A stretch of DNA of 64,000 bases from an uncultured Bacilli bacterium (GCA_910586195.1 CAJUHO010000004.1:9295-73294); one strand, 5' to 3'. Numbered from the stretch's first letter, positions 50,600-61,716 are shown. Notes: a model not told the origin generated them from the letters alone. Numbers and translations: made by a program.

Positions 50600-51649
50600 T
50601 TATTCTCCTAAAAGTGACTTTTTCAGTGTTTTTACTTGTGTTATTCTTGAATTTTTTTTCGGATATTCTTGTCCTTCCGAAAAGTGTTTCTCTGTTAGAT
50701 TAAGAATATTTGTAAGATTTTCTCTTTCATTTTCTGTAGGAGACTCTTGATAATGAGCCGTATAGTTTAACCAGTGAACCATATCTCGATAATCATCTTC
50801 ATCGGCATAACCTTCTCTTAAATAACGTTCTACAAAAGCATATTCTCTGCCTCTTACCTTGTCTCCTAGTTCCCAACAAGATAGATGTCTCATCATATTC
50901 TTTTGTTCCAATAAAACTGCTACTGCCGATAAGCCTTTAACAGACTCTATATATTCCTTCATTCCTTCAACGACACCATCAAATCCAAAAGTAGTAGTAT
51001 CATATTTCATTAAATTATTGTACCTGCTTTCACAGTTCTGTGAAGGACGACATAAAAACATTGGACGTCTATCTTGATACTCTTTATATACATCTTCTTC
51101 TATCCCATCATCGATAATGGCAAACCATTTATTGAAATAAAAATCTGTATTAATATAATACTTTGCAAAAGTTTCTAGCTTGTTCATATTAAAATTAGGA
51201 TTATGTGGATAATCCATATCTTGATTGTAATCATAACTACCACCAAAATAAAAGCTTTCCCCAAACTCAACACCTTCAACCAAGTGAGGTTCTATAATAG
51301 ACAAAACTTCCTTTATTCGATCAAAATGATAGTAATGCGTAGAAATGGAAATGGTTGCTACAGAAGCATTAAATTGCTGTCTCAACTGTGATATTTGATT
51401 TATAAAAATCTTCGCTTTTTCAGCATCTATTCCATCACATGTTCCATCTAAATCTAACATTATAGCAATGGCTGTACGTGGAACTTCCTCTTCCAAAGAA
51501 AAAATGTTATCAAACTCTGAAGGCTCTATCAATGTAGAATTGTTATAATACTTTTCTTCTTTTCTATTCTGTCTCTCATAAAAACGCATCTTTCGAAATT
51601 CAGATGTCCAACTATCTTGTTTTTTCATATATTTATCAACTCCAGTCAC
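50600..51649 (-). CDS. hypothetical protein with HAD-like DxDGT motif
   Basis: IMLDLDGTCDG motif I-like; remainder unrecognised; 349 aa. Confidence 0.4.
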   Translation of the reverse strand: MTGVDKYMKKQDSWTSEFRKMRFYERQNRKEEKYYNNSTLIEPSEFDNIFSLEEEVPRTAIAIMLDLDGTCDGIDAEKAKIFINQISQLRQQFNASVATISISTHYYHFDRIKEVLSIIEPHLVEGVEFGESFYFGGSYDYNQDMDYPHNPNFNMNKLETFAKYYINTDFYFNKWFAIIDDGIEEDVYKEYQDRRPMFLCRPSQNCESRYNNLMKYDTTTFGFDGVVEGMKEYIESVKGLSAVAVLLEQKNMMRHLSCWELGDKVRGREYAFVERYLREGYADEDDYRDMVHWLNYTAHYQESPTENERENLTNILNLTEKHFSEGQEYPKKNSRITQVKTLKKSLLGE

Positions 51650-51680
51650 TATTCTAACATAAACAGACAGCTTTTCCTAT

Positions 51681-52310
51681 TTAAAATTCTCTTTTCCTAT
51701 AAACATATTCTGAAATTCGATAGGATACATAAAGTGCTAAAATCATAATCACTATTACAATAATTACCCAGTAATGACTACACCATGTAAAAACACCTAT
51801 AGGTATTAGCGATTTTACTTTATCCACAAAAATAGAGGATAACCCAATTAAAGCAAATACTAATATAAAAATAGCAATACGACCTTTTTCTATGCCAAAG
51901 CGGAAAATAAAAGGATAAAGAAATGCCTGCAAAAGAGTTAATGCAAAGATACAAATAAGCATTAGTGAAAAAGTCTCCTGCAAATGAAATGTTCCCTTAA
52001 TAGCAGCATATCCTAAAGATAAACCCGTAGATATTACCACCACAATTGCCAACAGTAGCAAGTTCGCAACATACTTCGATTTAACGAAAGACCTATTCCC
52101 ATTTGGAAGAGCCAAAGCATAAGCATTCCAATTACTATATTCATCATAACTAAATGTTGACATAAACATCATAGTACCCATAAATGATGTTAAAGAAATA
52201 AGTGCATTTTCATCTTTCAAAACAATAAATAGAAAGAACAGAAAAAAGAGAAAAAAAGATTTCATACTATTCTTTATTATCAAAATATCCTTTTTAATAA
52301 AACCCCACAT
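51681..52310 (-). CDS. membrane protein (ABC-2 permease-like)
   Basis: Six hydrophobic helices; directly coupled to the upstream ATPase. Confidence 0.55.
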   Translation of the reverse strand: MWGFIKKDILIIKNSMKSFFLFFLFFLFIVLKDENALISLTSFMGTMMFMSTFSYDEYSNWNAYALALPNGNRSFVKSKYVANLLLLAIVVVISTGLSLGYAAIKGTFHLQETFSLMLICIFALTLLQAFLYPFIFRFGIEKGRIAIFILVFALIGLSSIFVDKVKSLIPIGVFTWCSHYWVIIVIVIMILALYVSYRISEYVYRKREF

Positions 52311-53188
52311 TAAATTCTATCCCCCTTTATCATTAGAACCATCATTTTTTCAATGGTCACTCTATCCACAACAAATTTTTTATATTTTTTCTTCATCCTA
52401 TCCCTATCTTTTACCAAAATCTCATAGTCATAACTGTTTTTTCTATAGCAAATAATATCTTCTTTGGCAATTTCTTGAAAAGAATCCGTATCGCATTTTA
52501 AAATTCCATATCCATCCATTATTTCATCACGACTTTGATTCAACAAAATTTTTCCCTTATCTAAAAAGACAATATAATCTGCAATATGTTCTAAATCACT
52601 TGTAATATGAGTAGAAAACAAAATAGTATGATTCTCATCCTGAATAAAATCTAAAAATATATCCAAAACTTCCCCTCGAACAACAGGATCTAGTCCACTA
52701 GTCGCCTCATCTAAAATAAGCAGTTTAGGATGATGTGATAACGCTGTTGCAATCTCTAATTTTTTTCTCATTCCCTTTGAAAAGTTCTTAATCATCTTAG
52801 ATTTAGGCAATTGAAAATTACTTAAATACTGATCATAAATATTACTATCCCAATTTTTATAAACATCTCTCATTACTAAATCAATATCCTTTGGCGTTAA
52901 AACTTCAGGAAAAAACATATTATCTAAAACCAAGCCTATCTCTTCTTTAATAAAATTTCCCTCAAGTTTTATATCTTTCCCAAAAATTTTTATATCGCCA
53001 TGATTGACTGGTATTATATTTAGAAGTGATTTTAAAAATGTCGTCTTTCCTGCGCCATTTTCACCAATTAATCCAATTATCATTCCACCTTCAATCCCTA
53101 AACTTTCTATATTAAGTTCAAATTTGGAATCATACCTTTTTACTAATTTTTCAATCTCTATTATCTTATTCATCATACTCACTCCCAT
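52310..53188 (-). CDS. ABC transporter ATP-binding protein
   Basis: Walker A GENGAGKTT, signature SKGMRKKL, Walker B ILDEAT. Confidence 0.85.
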   Translation of the reverse strand: MGVSMMNKIIEIEKLVKRYDSKFELNIESLGIEGGMIIGLIGENGAGKTTFLKSLLNIIPVNHGDIKIFGKDIKLEGNFIKEEIGLVLDNMFFPEVLTPKDIDLVMRDVYKNWDSNIYDQYLSNFQLPKSKMIKNFSKGMRKKLEIATALSHHPKLLILDEATSGLDPVVRGEVLDIFLDFIQDENHTILFSTHITSDLEHIADYIVFLDKGKILLNQSRDEIMDGYGILKCDTDSFQEIAKEDIICYRKNSYDYEILVKDRDRMKKKYKKFVVDRVTIEKMMVLMIKGDRI

Positions 53189-53549
53189 AAATTAACTCAA
53201 ATAAATCAAGCACTTCTTTTTTACTTATTTGATACTGATTAGAAATTTCTATTATCTTTTCAATATACTCTTCCATCTCTTTTAACTTCTGTTCTTTAAT
53301 AAATTCTAAATTCCTAGGAGATACAAAACTTCCTTTTCCATGAACTGTAATAATATAACCAGCATCTTCTAATTCATCATAAGCCTTCTTGATAGTCATA
53401 ACACTAATTCTAAGGTCTTTAGCCAAACTACGAATAGATGGTAAAATATCATTTTCTTGTAATTCCCCTGAAATAATTTGATTGATAATACTTTGCTGCA
53501 CCTGCTCATAAATCGGTATATTACTACTATTACTAATAACGATTCGCAT
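53166..53549 (-). CDS. GntR-family (YtrA-like) transcriptional regulator
   Basis: wHTH LPSIRSLAKDLRISVMTIKKAYDELE; upstream TTGACA-17-TAATAT promoter with TATAACA direct repeats. Confidence 0.8.
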   Translation of the reverse strand: MRIVISNSSNIPIYEQVQQSIINQIISGELQENDILPSIRSLAKDLRISVMTIKKAYDELEDAGYIITVHGKGSFVSPRNLEFIKEQKLKEMEEYIEKIIEISNQYQISKKEVLDLFELIYGSEYDE

Positions 53550-53752
53550 AAAGCCTCCTTAACTGTTACAACTATATTATAACAGTGTATAACACTTGTC
53601 AAGAAAAATAAACAATTTTAATTAAGTATAATCTTATAAACTTTAAACGAATTCATTATTTTATTTATACTAGTTAAAAATAACGATTGATGCATAAAAT
53701 TAAATTTCCCTGTGTTATAATAGTTTAAATATAAAAAAGGAGAAAGAAGTTT

Positions 53753-54511
53753 ATGACGTATTCTTATGATAAAGATATAGAACAGTATGGAAAAATAAGT
53801 AAATTTCATAAATATGGACGAGATGGCACATATATTACACCAAGTGGTACGCTTTTTGATGTAGATAGTTATGCCGCTGTTGCACATGCTGGTGGATTCG
53901 TTATTCCTTTTTTCCAAGCATATATGCACCCTGATCAAGACGAAATAAATTATTATAGTAAAGAAGAATTGTTAAGTATTTTAATCAATTGGGAAAAATC
54001 ATTACTTACCAAAGAATATGATGTAAATTACCAGGAACAACAAATGAGACTAGATCTAGTCCGATATTTTATAAATGTTTATAAGAGCAACAAATCCATT
54101 TGGGACGAAAGAAACGAATATGTTGATTTTTCAGAAACAACTGGCATTCCTAATATTGAGGAAAATTGGTATGGACGAGATGTCACTTTAAAATCAGTTC
54201 TAGTCCAATTTTGTAATTATGACTCTGTAGAAAGTCAGCTTTATCGGTCCATTACTACCTCTAAATTTAACATTTATGAAACATTTTATGATTATATTTT
54301 ACATGATTTTAAAATTTTTCAAATACCAAAAAAGGTATATAATGAAACCTCGCAACAATATATCGACTATGAACAATCTATTTGGTTAATATCTGATAAA
54401 GAATTACGATTAAAGGCTGAATTAGAGTCCATTTGCAAAGAAGTACCATTGGAAGAAAGATATCAATATTGTAAAAATAAATCAAAAGTTAAAAACTACG
54501 ATTTTTATTAA
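53753..54511 (+). CDS. hypothetical protein
   Basis: AAGGAG RBS; 252 aa; no recognised motif. Confidence 0.5.
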   Translation: MTYSYDKDIEQYGKISKFHKYGRDGTYITPSGTLFDVDSYAAVAHAGGFVIPFFQAYMHPDQDEINYYSKEELLSILINWEKSLLTKEYDVNYQEQQMRLDLVRYFINVYKSNKSIWDERNEYVDFSETTGIPNIEENWYGRDVTLKSVLVQFCNYDSVESQLYRSITTSKFNIYETFYDYILHDFKIFQIPKKVYNETSQQYIDYEQSIWLISDKELRLKAELESICKEVPLEERYQYCKNKSKVKNYDFY

Positions 54512-54553
54512 TTTATAAACAATTCAATTAATGTATTATAATTCATATCATTG

Positions 54554-55270
54554 TTATTCTTCTAGCCAACTATTCCCTGTACGATAATCAATTACAACTC
54601 CTGGTTGAATATTATAAACAAAAACATTAAAAGATAACCCCTCTCCTTTATCTTCTGTCGACATTGCTTCTATCTGAGTTCCTTCTGCTACTAAATTATC
54701 GGAAGAAAAAATAGGAGTTACTCGATATAAAACATGATTACCTGTTTCTTTTACATAGCTAGCCACTTGATTTTCAAAGGGAAGCATTCCCTCTGTATTC
54801 ATATAACGAGTACAAGTGATTAAGTTTTTTACATTGGCATTTTCTCCTGTCAACTGATAACCAATCAAATGACAACGATTGTATAAATACTTCCCCTCTA
54901 CAATATCATACTTTATTGTATGCCAGCCAGACGGTTTAACCATTCCGATACTGCCACGTTCCTCTGTTGGCATAAGATCTTTTCCAATATTGGCAAGAGC
55001 AACTCCGCATCTTTTCAAGGAATCCAAATCACTATACTTTTCATAAGAAGCAGCAGATATTTCATCTTCAGAAAATTGTGGCAAGTTATCATTTAAAGTA
55101 ACATAAGATTTTCCACTATAAGGTGGTATAGTATCAACTGTATACGCTTCTTCGCCTTGCGCTGATTCTATTTTCATACTAAAATTTTCAAAATCAGTCT
55201 GAAAATAGGCTACTACAATTCCTATTAAAAAAATGAAAGATATAGCAATATTTTTAATTTTTTTCATCAT
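54554..55270 (-). CDS. secreted DNA/RNA non-specific endonuclease (EndA/NucA-like, Endonuclease_NS_2)
   Basis: NRCHLIGYQLTGENANVKNL resembles the (D)RGHLI nuclease motif; signal/TM; ATG at 55270 with AGAGGT RBS preferred over the track start. Confidence 0.5.
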   Translation of the reverse strand: MMKKIKNIAISFIFLIGIVVAYFQTDFENFSMKIESAQGEEAYTVDTIPPYSGKSYVTLNDNLPQFSEDEISAASYEKYSDLDSLKRCGVALANIGKDLMPTEERGSIGMVKPSGWHTIKYDIVEGKYLYNRCHLIGYQLTGENANVKNLITCTRYMNTEGMLPFENQVASYVKETGNHVLYRVTPIFSSDNLVAEGTQIEAMSTEDKGEGLSFNVFVYNIQPGVVIDYRTGNSWLEE

Positions 55271-55330
55271 TTTTATACCTCTATTAAACACTCTATCACA
55301 ACAAAAAAAAACTGTCAAAACAGTTTTCTA

Positions 55331-56227
55331 TTAATTATCTACTTCAATATCACCACAATCATTCCTAACTGTTAAAGTAATATTTGACATCCTATGATTG
55401 TGCTTAATATCTACATCTCCTAAATTTGTCTTTGCATCAACAAAAATTTCATTGGTCCTACCTATTTCAATATCACCAAAACTATTTGATATAGTTGAAT
55501 TTTTATTAATAGCTAAATGATCGATTTCAATATTACCACAATCATCTGATACATCTAAATAATGAGAAACCCTCTTAATGGAAATATCGCCATAACTATT
55601 TTTAGCTTTAATACTATCTACTTCATCAACTTCAACATCTCCGCAATCTTCTTGAATATTCAATAACCTAGCCACACCTACTTCTATATCACCATATTGA
55701 TTGACTATTTTAATATCTCTTCCTCCAGAAACGAAAATATCACCACAATCTGCAAACAATTCCATATCTGCTTTTAAAAATCTACTGACAGCAATATCTC
55801 CATAATCATTATGAACATTAATTTTTCCTTCATAATCTTTTGGCAAATAAATATCTATCTTACTTTTCTTAATATTAATGCAGAAAAACCGACACTTCTT
55901 TTTATCTGATTTAACATTCAATTCACTATTAAGATAATCTACACTAAAGTCTTCCTTATCTCCATAGATAACAATTCTTGCAGTAGAATCACTGCTATTT
56001 TTAAATGAAACATCACCAACAGTAGAATCTATATTCACCATGGTAGGAATCGTAGAATATACTTCATCCATTACTAAATGATTGCTCACCTTATTTATCA
56101 TATGAAACTTTGGCATTTTAAGGGAACCTTTCATTAATAAAATCATTACTGCTACTAAAAGAACAGCAACAACAGAACAAATAACTATTAAAGTAATAAT
56201 CAAACCCTTATTTTTCACGACTGTCAC
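55331..56227 (-). CDS. DUF4097-like (putative adhesin/beta-helix repeat) membrane-anchored protein
   Basis: N-terminal TM and repeated GDI(E/S)V / CGD(I/V)EVD motifs. Confidence 0.55.
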   Translation of the reverse strand: MTVVKNKGLIITLIVICSVVAVLLVAVMILLMKGSLKMPKFHMINKVSNHLVMDEVYSTIPTMVNIDSTVGDVSFKNSSDSTARIVIYGDKEDFSVDYLNSELNVKSDKKKCRFFCINIKKSKIDIYLPKDYEGKINVHNDYGDIAVSRFLKADMELFADCGDIFVSGGRDIKIVNQYGDIEVGVARLLNIQEDCGDVEVDEVDSIKAKNSYGDISIKRVSHYLDVSDDCGNIEIDHLAINKNSTISNSFGDIEIGRTNEIFVDAKTNLGDVDIKHNHRMSNITLTVRNDCGDIEVDN

Positions 56228-56834
56228 CTCTTAACATAAATACTAACTTTATTATTTCCTCTAGCAATGCAGCAACAATCCATAAAATCCAAGTAATATG
56301 CCAATCCATTGTAAAGAAACTAATAAACAAATAAACAAGCAAAGTAATTAAATAAATGAGTGTCACAATCTGCTTCAAAAGTTTTGGTTGCCTTTCCTCT
56401 TTTGGTTTTCCAACTTTATAAAGCATGCAAGTGTATACAATTTTATAAGTCGCAATACCACATATCACTAAAAATATGGCACTAGAAATAATGGGATTCA
56501 TCATCATTACTGGTATCGTAATCATAATCCAAGCAAGAGCCAGAAAATATATCAGTATTCCAATACCAATTCCTTTTGCTCTTTTTTCAAGAACATTTTC
56601 ATTCGGTTTTCCTTTCTCATCCTTACAACGATTTCCTGTTAATAGCTCATCCGCCGATATCTCATATAACTCACAAAGAGGAACAATTTTATCAAAATCG
56701 GGCATACTTTGATCAGTTTCCCACTTAGAAACCGTCTGTCTTGTTACGTTAAGTCTATCTGCCACCTCTTCTTGAGATAAATGTTTCGTTCTTCTAAGTT
56801 CTAAAAGTCTATCTCCTATTTTCATTCTTTTCAC
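56208..56834 (-). CDS. XRE-family HTH regulator with C-terminal transmembrane segments
   Basis: LRRTKHLSQEEVADRLNVTRQTVSKWE HTH_3; four TM helices. Confidence 0.75.
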   Translation of the reverse strand: MKRMKIGDRLLELRRTKHLSQEEVADRLNVTRQTVSKWETDQSMPDFDKIVPLCELYEISADELLTGNRCKDEKGKPNENVLEKRAKGIGIGILIYFLALAWIMITIPVMMMNPIISSAIFLVICGIATYKIVYTCMLYKVGKPKEERQPKLLKQIVTLIYLITLLVYLFISFFTMDWHITWILWIVAALLEEIIKLVFMLRGDSREK

Positions 56835-56925
56835 CTCACAAAAAATTATACCGCCTCTGTCCGTTGCAATCTACCAATTTCAGTTGGAAATTTGTCAACC
56901 AACATTAACATATCACCATTTTTAT

Positions 56926-58074
56926 CTAATCTTTTTTATTATGAGTTTTAGAAACAAAATAAGATATCATTATAAATAAAATAGAAAATAATAATATAAT
57001 TCCAAAATTAACTAAAATAGGCTGTAGCATTCCTATTGAAAAATCCTCTGTTGTTACAATTAATTCATTATTCATAATATAATAATAAGATGGTAAAAAA
57101 TGAGCAATATTCAAAACCAATTTAGGTAGCCATTCTATTGGTACAAAAGCACCACATAAGAAGCTTGACCCCAATGCTAGCACATTTACAATTCCATTAA
57201 TAGCATTTTTATTATGCACTAAATTTCCAATTAGAAAAGAAAGTGCAAGAGCGCAAAAGGCAAAAACAAATGAATTTAAAATCAGTAATCCCCCATGAAC
57301 ACTCATCATGATACTACCAAGTAATAAAAAGCTTAGTAGGATATAAAATCCCCACAATAATATCGCAAATAAACCATTGGATAATAACAGACTTTGATTG
57401 AACCTTTTAGAATTCATGCTACTAATGCTCGTTCTTTTACGAATCTTTTCTTCATTAAAACTATAAAGAATTAAACAAATAATATAAACAGAACCTGCCA
57501 AAACACTGTAATTCATAAAATTATAATAAAGTTTGGCTTTCTGTAAATGACCTGTATCTAATTTAGATGTTACCTCTACTTTTACATTCTTATTCAAAGT
57601 ATCATGAATATAGCGAATAATACTTTCTTCATCATCTATAGTAGCAAGATAAGTATCAGCAACTTTTAAATATCTTTGCAATAACATTTCTGCAAGTGAT
57701 GCATAATAATCTTTTGTACTCTTAATAGATATTTTAGGATTTTTATGATTTAGAAAATCTTTTCGATAGCCACTAGGAATATATATAACGTAATTAACAT
57801 CACGATAAAACAATGCATCGTTAATTTTATCTTCATCCTTTTCTACCTTTACTTTTTTACTATTTTTCTCTAAATAGCTTATCAAATCTTTTGTAATTCC
57901 AATATTTTCATCCTGATTAATAATTAAAACATTTGGTTTTTCCGCTGAAAAAGACATACTATGATCTGATGTTTGCATATTAAATACAGAAAATAATATC
58001 AAAATAACAGAATACATAATAATAATAGATTTATTTTTATTAAATATTTTTATAAATGCCTTAAATACTGTCAT
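56926..58074 (-). CDS. ABC-2 family permease
   Basis: N-terminal TM, large loop, five C-terminal TM helices. Confidence 0.6.
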   Translation of the reverse strand: MTVFKAFIKIFNKNKSIIIMYSVILILFSVFNMQTSDHSMSFSAEKPNVLIINQDENIGITKDLISYLEKNSKKVKVEKDEDKINDALFYRDVNYVIYIPSGYRKDFLNHKNPKISIKSTKDYYASLAEMLLQRYLKVADTYLATIDDEESIIRYIHDTLNKNVKVEVTSKLDTGHLQKAKLYYNFMNYSVLAGSVYIICLILYSFNEEKIRKRTSISSMNSKRFNQSLLLSNGLFAILLWGFYILLSFLLLGSIMMSVHGGLLILNSFVFAFCALALSFLIGNLVHNKNAINGIVNVLALGSSFLCGAFVPIEWLPKLVLNIAHFLPSYYYIMNNELIVTTEDFSIGMLQPILVNFGIILLFSILFIMISYFVSKTHNKKD

Positions 58075-59260
58075 ATTTTTGCCTCCTTAGCTCCACCAAA
58101 GCGAAACCTATCATAATAAATGAAAATAGCAAAAGATGAACAAAATTTAAATAAAATCTATCCATGGTATCATAATAATATAGAGAATAAAGGCCATCTG
58201 TAATCATATTTACGGGATTTATAATATTAATAATTGGTAAATTCTTATCAATAATATATTTCATAGTAATCCCCATCATACCTGAAAAAAAGCATCCAAG
58301 CATCGTAATAGATAAAACAATTCCTGTTTTTGTCCCTTCACTGACTTTAAATACACAAGCAACAAAAAGCCCTAAAGATAGTCCTGCAAAAGAACCAACA
58401 ATTGCCTGCAAAATAACATAGAAAATATGGCTACCATAATCTACATGAAGTATAAATATAGTATATAAGAACAATAACAATACACCAATTAACTGTGTAA
58501 TAAAACTAGCAAGTAGACTACTAAAAATCAATTTGAATTTTTGAGTAGGAGAAATAGCAATACGTTTTCCATTGCTCCCCATATTAGGTAAATTTTTATT
58601 AATTGCTATCATACTTAATATACCACCATATAAACAACTCATAGCAATCAAAGTATAAAATTCAATCATAGTATAGCTCAAATTATTACTACTAACATCT
58701 TGAATACTATCAGTACTATTTTCTCTCATCTTAAGAACCTCTTTATAAATATCATCATATAAAGAATTTAGTTTCTCTAGCTCATGTGGTTCAAGCGACA
58801 AAGCATACTCATTTATTTTTGTATCAAAAATATTGTGCATAATAGTCTCTGTCTGGGCTATCTCATCCACCACAAATTTAAAAATAGTCTCATTAATTCC
58901 ATTAGTAGATACAAAAATTTTAGCTACATCTTCTAAAAAAACGAGATAACCACTAATCTTGGAATCTTCCAACAATTGCTCTGCCTTTTTTAGTGACGTA
59001 TATTCAACATCAAACAATCTATTTTTGCTGTTTTTATCACTAAGGCTTGCAAATGATGCCTTATAAATATTATTAACTTTATGTGTATCATCTTCTACTA
59101 TTGCAATATTAATAACATCCAGTTTCTCATTTTTTTCAATATCAGAGAAAGCCATATGAAAAAATGTTCCCAATATTATGGGAAAAGCAAAGGTCCAAAA
59201 TATTAGCATCCTATCCTTAAAAAGAATTCTTAAGCTATATTTGAAATTATGTATAAACAT
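58061..59260 (-). CDS. ABC-2 family permease
   Basis: Same architecture; paralogous to the adjacent permease. Confidence 0.6.
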   Translation of the reverse strand: MFIHNFKYSLRILFKDRMLIFWTFAFPIILGTFFHMAFSDIEKNEKLDVINIAIVEDDTHKVNNIYKASFASLSDKNSKNRLFDVEYTSLKKAEQLLEDSKISGYLVFLEDVAKIFVSTNGINETIFKFVVDEIAQTETIMHNIFDTKINEYALSLEPHELEKLNSLYDDIYKEVLKMRENSTDSIQDVSSNNLSYTMIEFYTLIAMSCLYGGILSMIAINKNLPNMGSNGKRIAISPTQKFKLIFSSLLASFITQLIGVLLLFLYTIFILHVDYGSHIFYVILQAIVGSFAGLSLGLFVACVFKVSEGTKTGIVLSITMLGCFFSGMMGITMKYIIDKNLPIINIINPVNMITDGLYSLYYYDTMDRFYLNFVHLLLFSFIMIGFALVELRRQKYDSI

Positions 59261-60216
59261 CAGTCTCTAAGTCCTTTCCCAGTAAGCTCTAAAAACACAT
59301 CATTAAGAGTTGGCCTCTCTGAGAAAATTCGATTATAATGAATTTTTTTCCCTTCCAAATAATGAGTAAACTCTGCTAAATTATTTTTTCCCTTATAATA
59401 AGTAATCACTAAATTATGATTATCGTAACAAACCTCTTTCACATTGCTATTTTTTCTAATATCTTCTAAATATTTAGGAGCAAGATTGCATACCTCAACA
59501 CTAATCTTTTCTAAAATCGTTGCAAGTTTTTTCAACTCATCACTAGTACCACTAGCAATAATTTTTCCTTTATCTAAGATAATAATTCGATCACAAAGTA
59601 TTTCAACTTCTTCCATATAATGAGTGGTATAAATGATAGTAGCCCCATTCTCTCTCAATTTTTTAATACCATCTAATATATGATTTCTACTTTGCGGATC
59701 AACTGCTACAGTAGGTTCATCTAAAAAAATAATTTCTGGTTTATGTGCAATACCGCAGGCAATATTCAAACGACGTAACAAACCACCTGACAGTTGTTTT
59801 GGATAAAACTTCTTAAAATCCTTTAATCCTACTAATTCTATAGCCTCATTCACATACTGTTTTCTCTTCGCCTTATCAGTTATATAAAGTCCACAGAAGT
59901 AATCAATATTATTCTCTACGTTCAATTCCTCAAAAACAGCAACATCCTGGAAAATAACACCTATTTTTCTCTTGATATCATAAGCACTAGGACTCATTTC
60001 CTGTCCCAAGATTTTAATACTACCTTCCTGAAAGTTTAATAAGGATAAAATACAGTTAATAGTTGTAGATTTTCCACTACCATTAGGTCCTAATAATCCT
60101 AATATTTCCCCTTTATAAACCGTAAATGATAATCCATCCACAGCCTTTAGTTTCTTATATTCTTTTGTTAAATTATCAACCTCTATTACGCCCTTGTCCA
60201 TATTCATCACATCCAT
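59260..60216 (-). CDS. ABC transporter ATP-binding protein
   Basis: Walker A GPNGSGKST, signature LSGGLLRRL, Walker B FLDEPT. Confidence 0.85.
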   Translation of the reverse strand: MDVMNMDKGVIEVDNLTKEYKKLKAVDGLSFTVYKGEILGLLGPNGSGKSTTINCILSLLNFQEGSIKILGQEMSPSAYDIKRKIGVIFQDVAVFEELNVENNIDYFCGLYITDKAKRKQYVNEAIELVGLKDFKKFYPKQLSGGLLRRLNIACGIAHKPEIIFLDEPTVAVDPQSRNHILDGIKKLRENGATIIYTTHYMEEVEILCDRIIILDKGKIIASGTSDELKKLATILEKISVEVCNLAPKYLEDIRKNSNVKEVCYDNHNLVITYYKGKNNLAEFTHYLEGKKIHYNRIFSERPTLNDVFLELTGKGLRD

Positions 60217-60280
60217 CTATCTTATTTACCAAAAAATTCAAAAACCAGAGATAACCTCTAGTTTGTAAAACCCATATTCA

Positions 60281-61186
60281 TTATTTTTCTATCTTTGTAG
60301 ATTGACCCATTGTCTCTTTAAGGGTTGTTCCTATTGTTGCTAGATTTTGTAATTCACTAGGTACAATAATTTTAGTGGCCTGACCATTGGCAACATCTAC
60401 CAAAGCTTCATAACTTTTAAGTTTTAATACTGCTTCATCCATCTTAGCATCCTTTAAAAGTTTTAACCCTTGAGCAGTAGCCTCCTGAATTTTAACGATA
60501 GCCTCCGCTTCACCTTCTGCTTCACGAATATGCGCCTCTCTTTTTGCATCTGCTCTTAAAATTGTACTTTCCTTTTCACCTTCTGCAATCAAAATAGCAG
60601 CTTTCTTCTCACCCTCAGCCTTTAAAATGGCTTCTCTTCTTTCGCGCTCTGCACGCATCTGCTTTTCCATTGCTTCCTGAATATCGTGAGGTGGTAATAT
60701 ATTCTTTACCTCAACACGATTTACTTTAATCCCCCAAGGATCAGTTGCTTCATCCAAAATAGAACGCATTTTAGAATTAATAATATCACGAGATGTTAAT
60801 GTCTCATCAAGTTCAAGTTCTCCAATAATATTTCTAAGTGTTGTTGCAGTTAAATTTTCAATGGCACTAATAGGGTTTTCCACACCATATGTGTATAACT
60901 TAGGATCTGTAATCTGATAATAGACTACAGTATCAATTTGCATAGTAACATTATCTTTTGTAATTACTGGCTGAGGATCAAAATCCTTAACAATTTCCTT
61001 TAAACTCACAACATTAGCAATCCTATCAATAATAGGCACTTTATAATGAGGTCCTGTTTGCATAGTTCTATCATAGCTTCCAAGACGCTCCACAACATAT
61101 GCCTTTGACTGTGGAATAATTTTAATTCCAAGAGCCAGAACAATAACGATAACGAGTACAATAATTAAACCAATTTCCATATACAT
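60281..61186 (-). CDS. SPFH/band-7 (stomatin/prohibitin-like) membrane protein
   Basis: N-terminal TM, SPFH core and C-terminal coiled-coil with EAxxA repeats. Confidence 0.85.
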   Translation of the reverse strand: MYMEIGLIIVLVIVIVLALGIKIIPQSKAYVVERLGSYDRTMQTGPHYKVPIIDRIANVVSLKEIVKDFDPQPVITKDNVTMQIDTVVYYQITDPKLYTYGVENPISAIENLTATTLRNIIGELELDETLTSRDIINSKMRSILDEATDPWGIKVNRVEVKNILPPHDIQEAMEKQMRAERERREAILKAEGEKKAAILIAEGEKESTILRADAKREAHIREAEGEAEAIVKIQEATAQGLKLLKDAKMDEAVLKLKSYEALVDVANGQATKIIVPSELQNLATIGTTLKETMGQSTKIEK

Positions 61187-61199
61187 TCCTCCTTAAAAA

Positions 61200-61619
61200 T
61201 TAGTTATCTATCTTTCTCACCCATACTTTTACGCCCTCTATTTTATCAACAATCACCTCTTCTCCTATAGAGAATTCCTCATCACTTATAGCAGTCCATC
61301 GATTTCCTAAAACTTTTACTTCCCCTAACTCATATTTACGAATATCTTTTACTACTAAAGCTTTCTGATTAATAATCCTATCTGCATTTGTAGACTCTCC
61401 CTTCTTTGTTTTTACTCGTTTCAAAAAAGGTTTTGTAATTATTAATGTAATAATACTAACTATAATAAAAACAAATAATTCCACCAAGAAGTTATCCACC
61501 AAAAGAGAAGTGAAAAAAGCAAAAACTGCGCCTATTGCAAACCAAATAGATACTAAGTTAATCGTCATAACTTCTAGTATAAAAAGGGCTAAAAATAAAC
61601 AAAACCAAAATAAACTCAT
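61200..61619 (-). CDS. NfeD-like membrane protein (SPFH partner)
   Basis: Three TM helices plus C-terminal beta-barrel-like domain; conserved pairing with an SPFH gene. Confidence 0.6.
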   Translation of the reverse strand: MSLFWFCLFLALFILEVMTINLVSIWFAIGAVFAFFTSLLVDNFLVELFVFIIVSIITLIITKPFLKRVKTKKGESTNADRIINQKALVVKDIRKYELGEVKVLGNRWTAISDEEFSIGEEVIVDKIEGVKVWVRKIDN

Positions 61620-61716
61620 ACTAGTTCTCCTCTTATATTTTCATTATATGTTAATTTGACACAATATTCAATAAAATCAGTAAATTTCCTTGTGAATAAA
61701 AAGGAAGTATACTATA

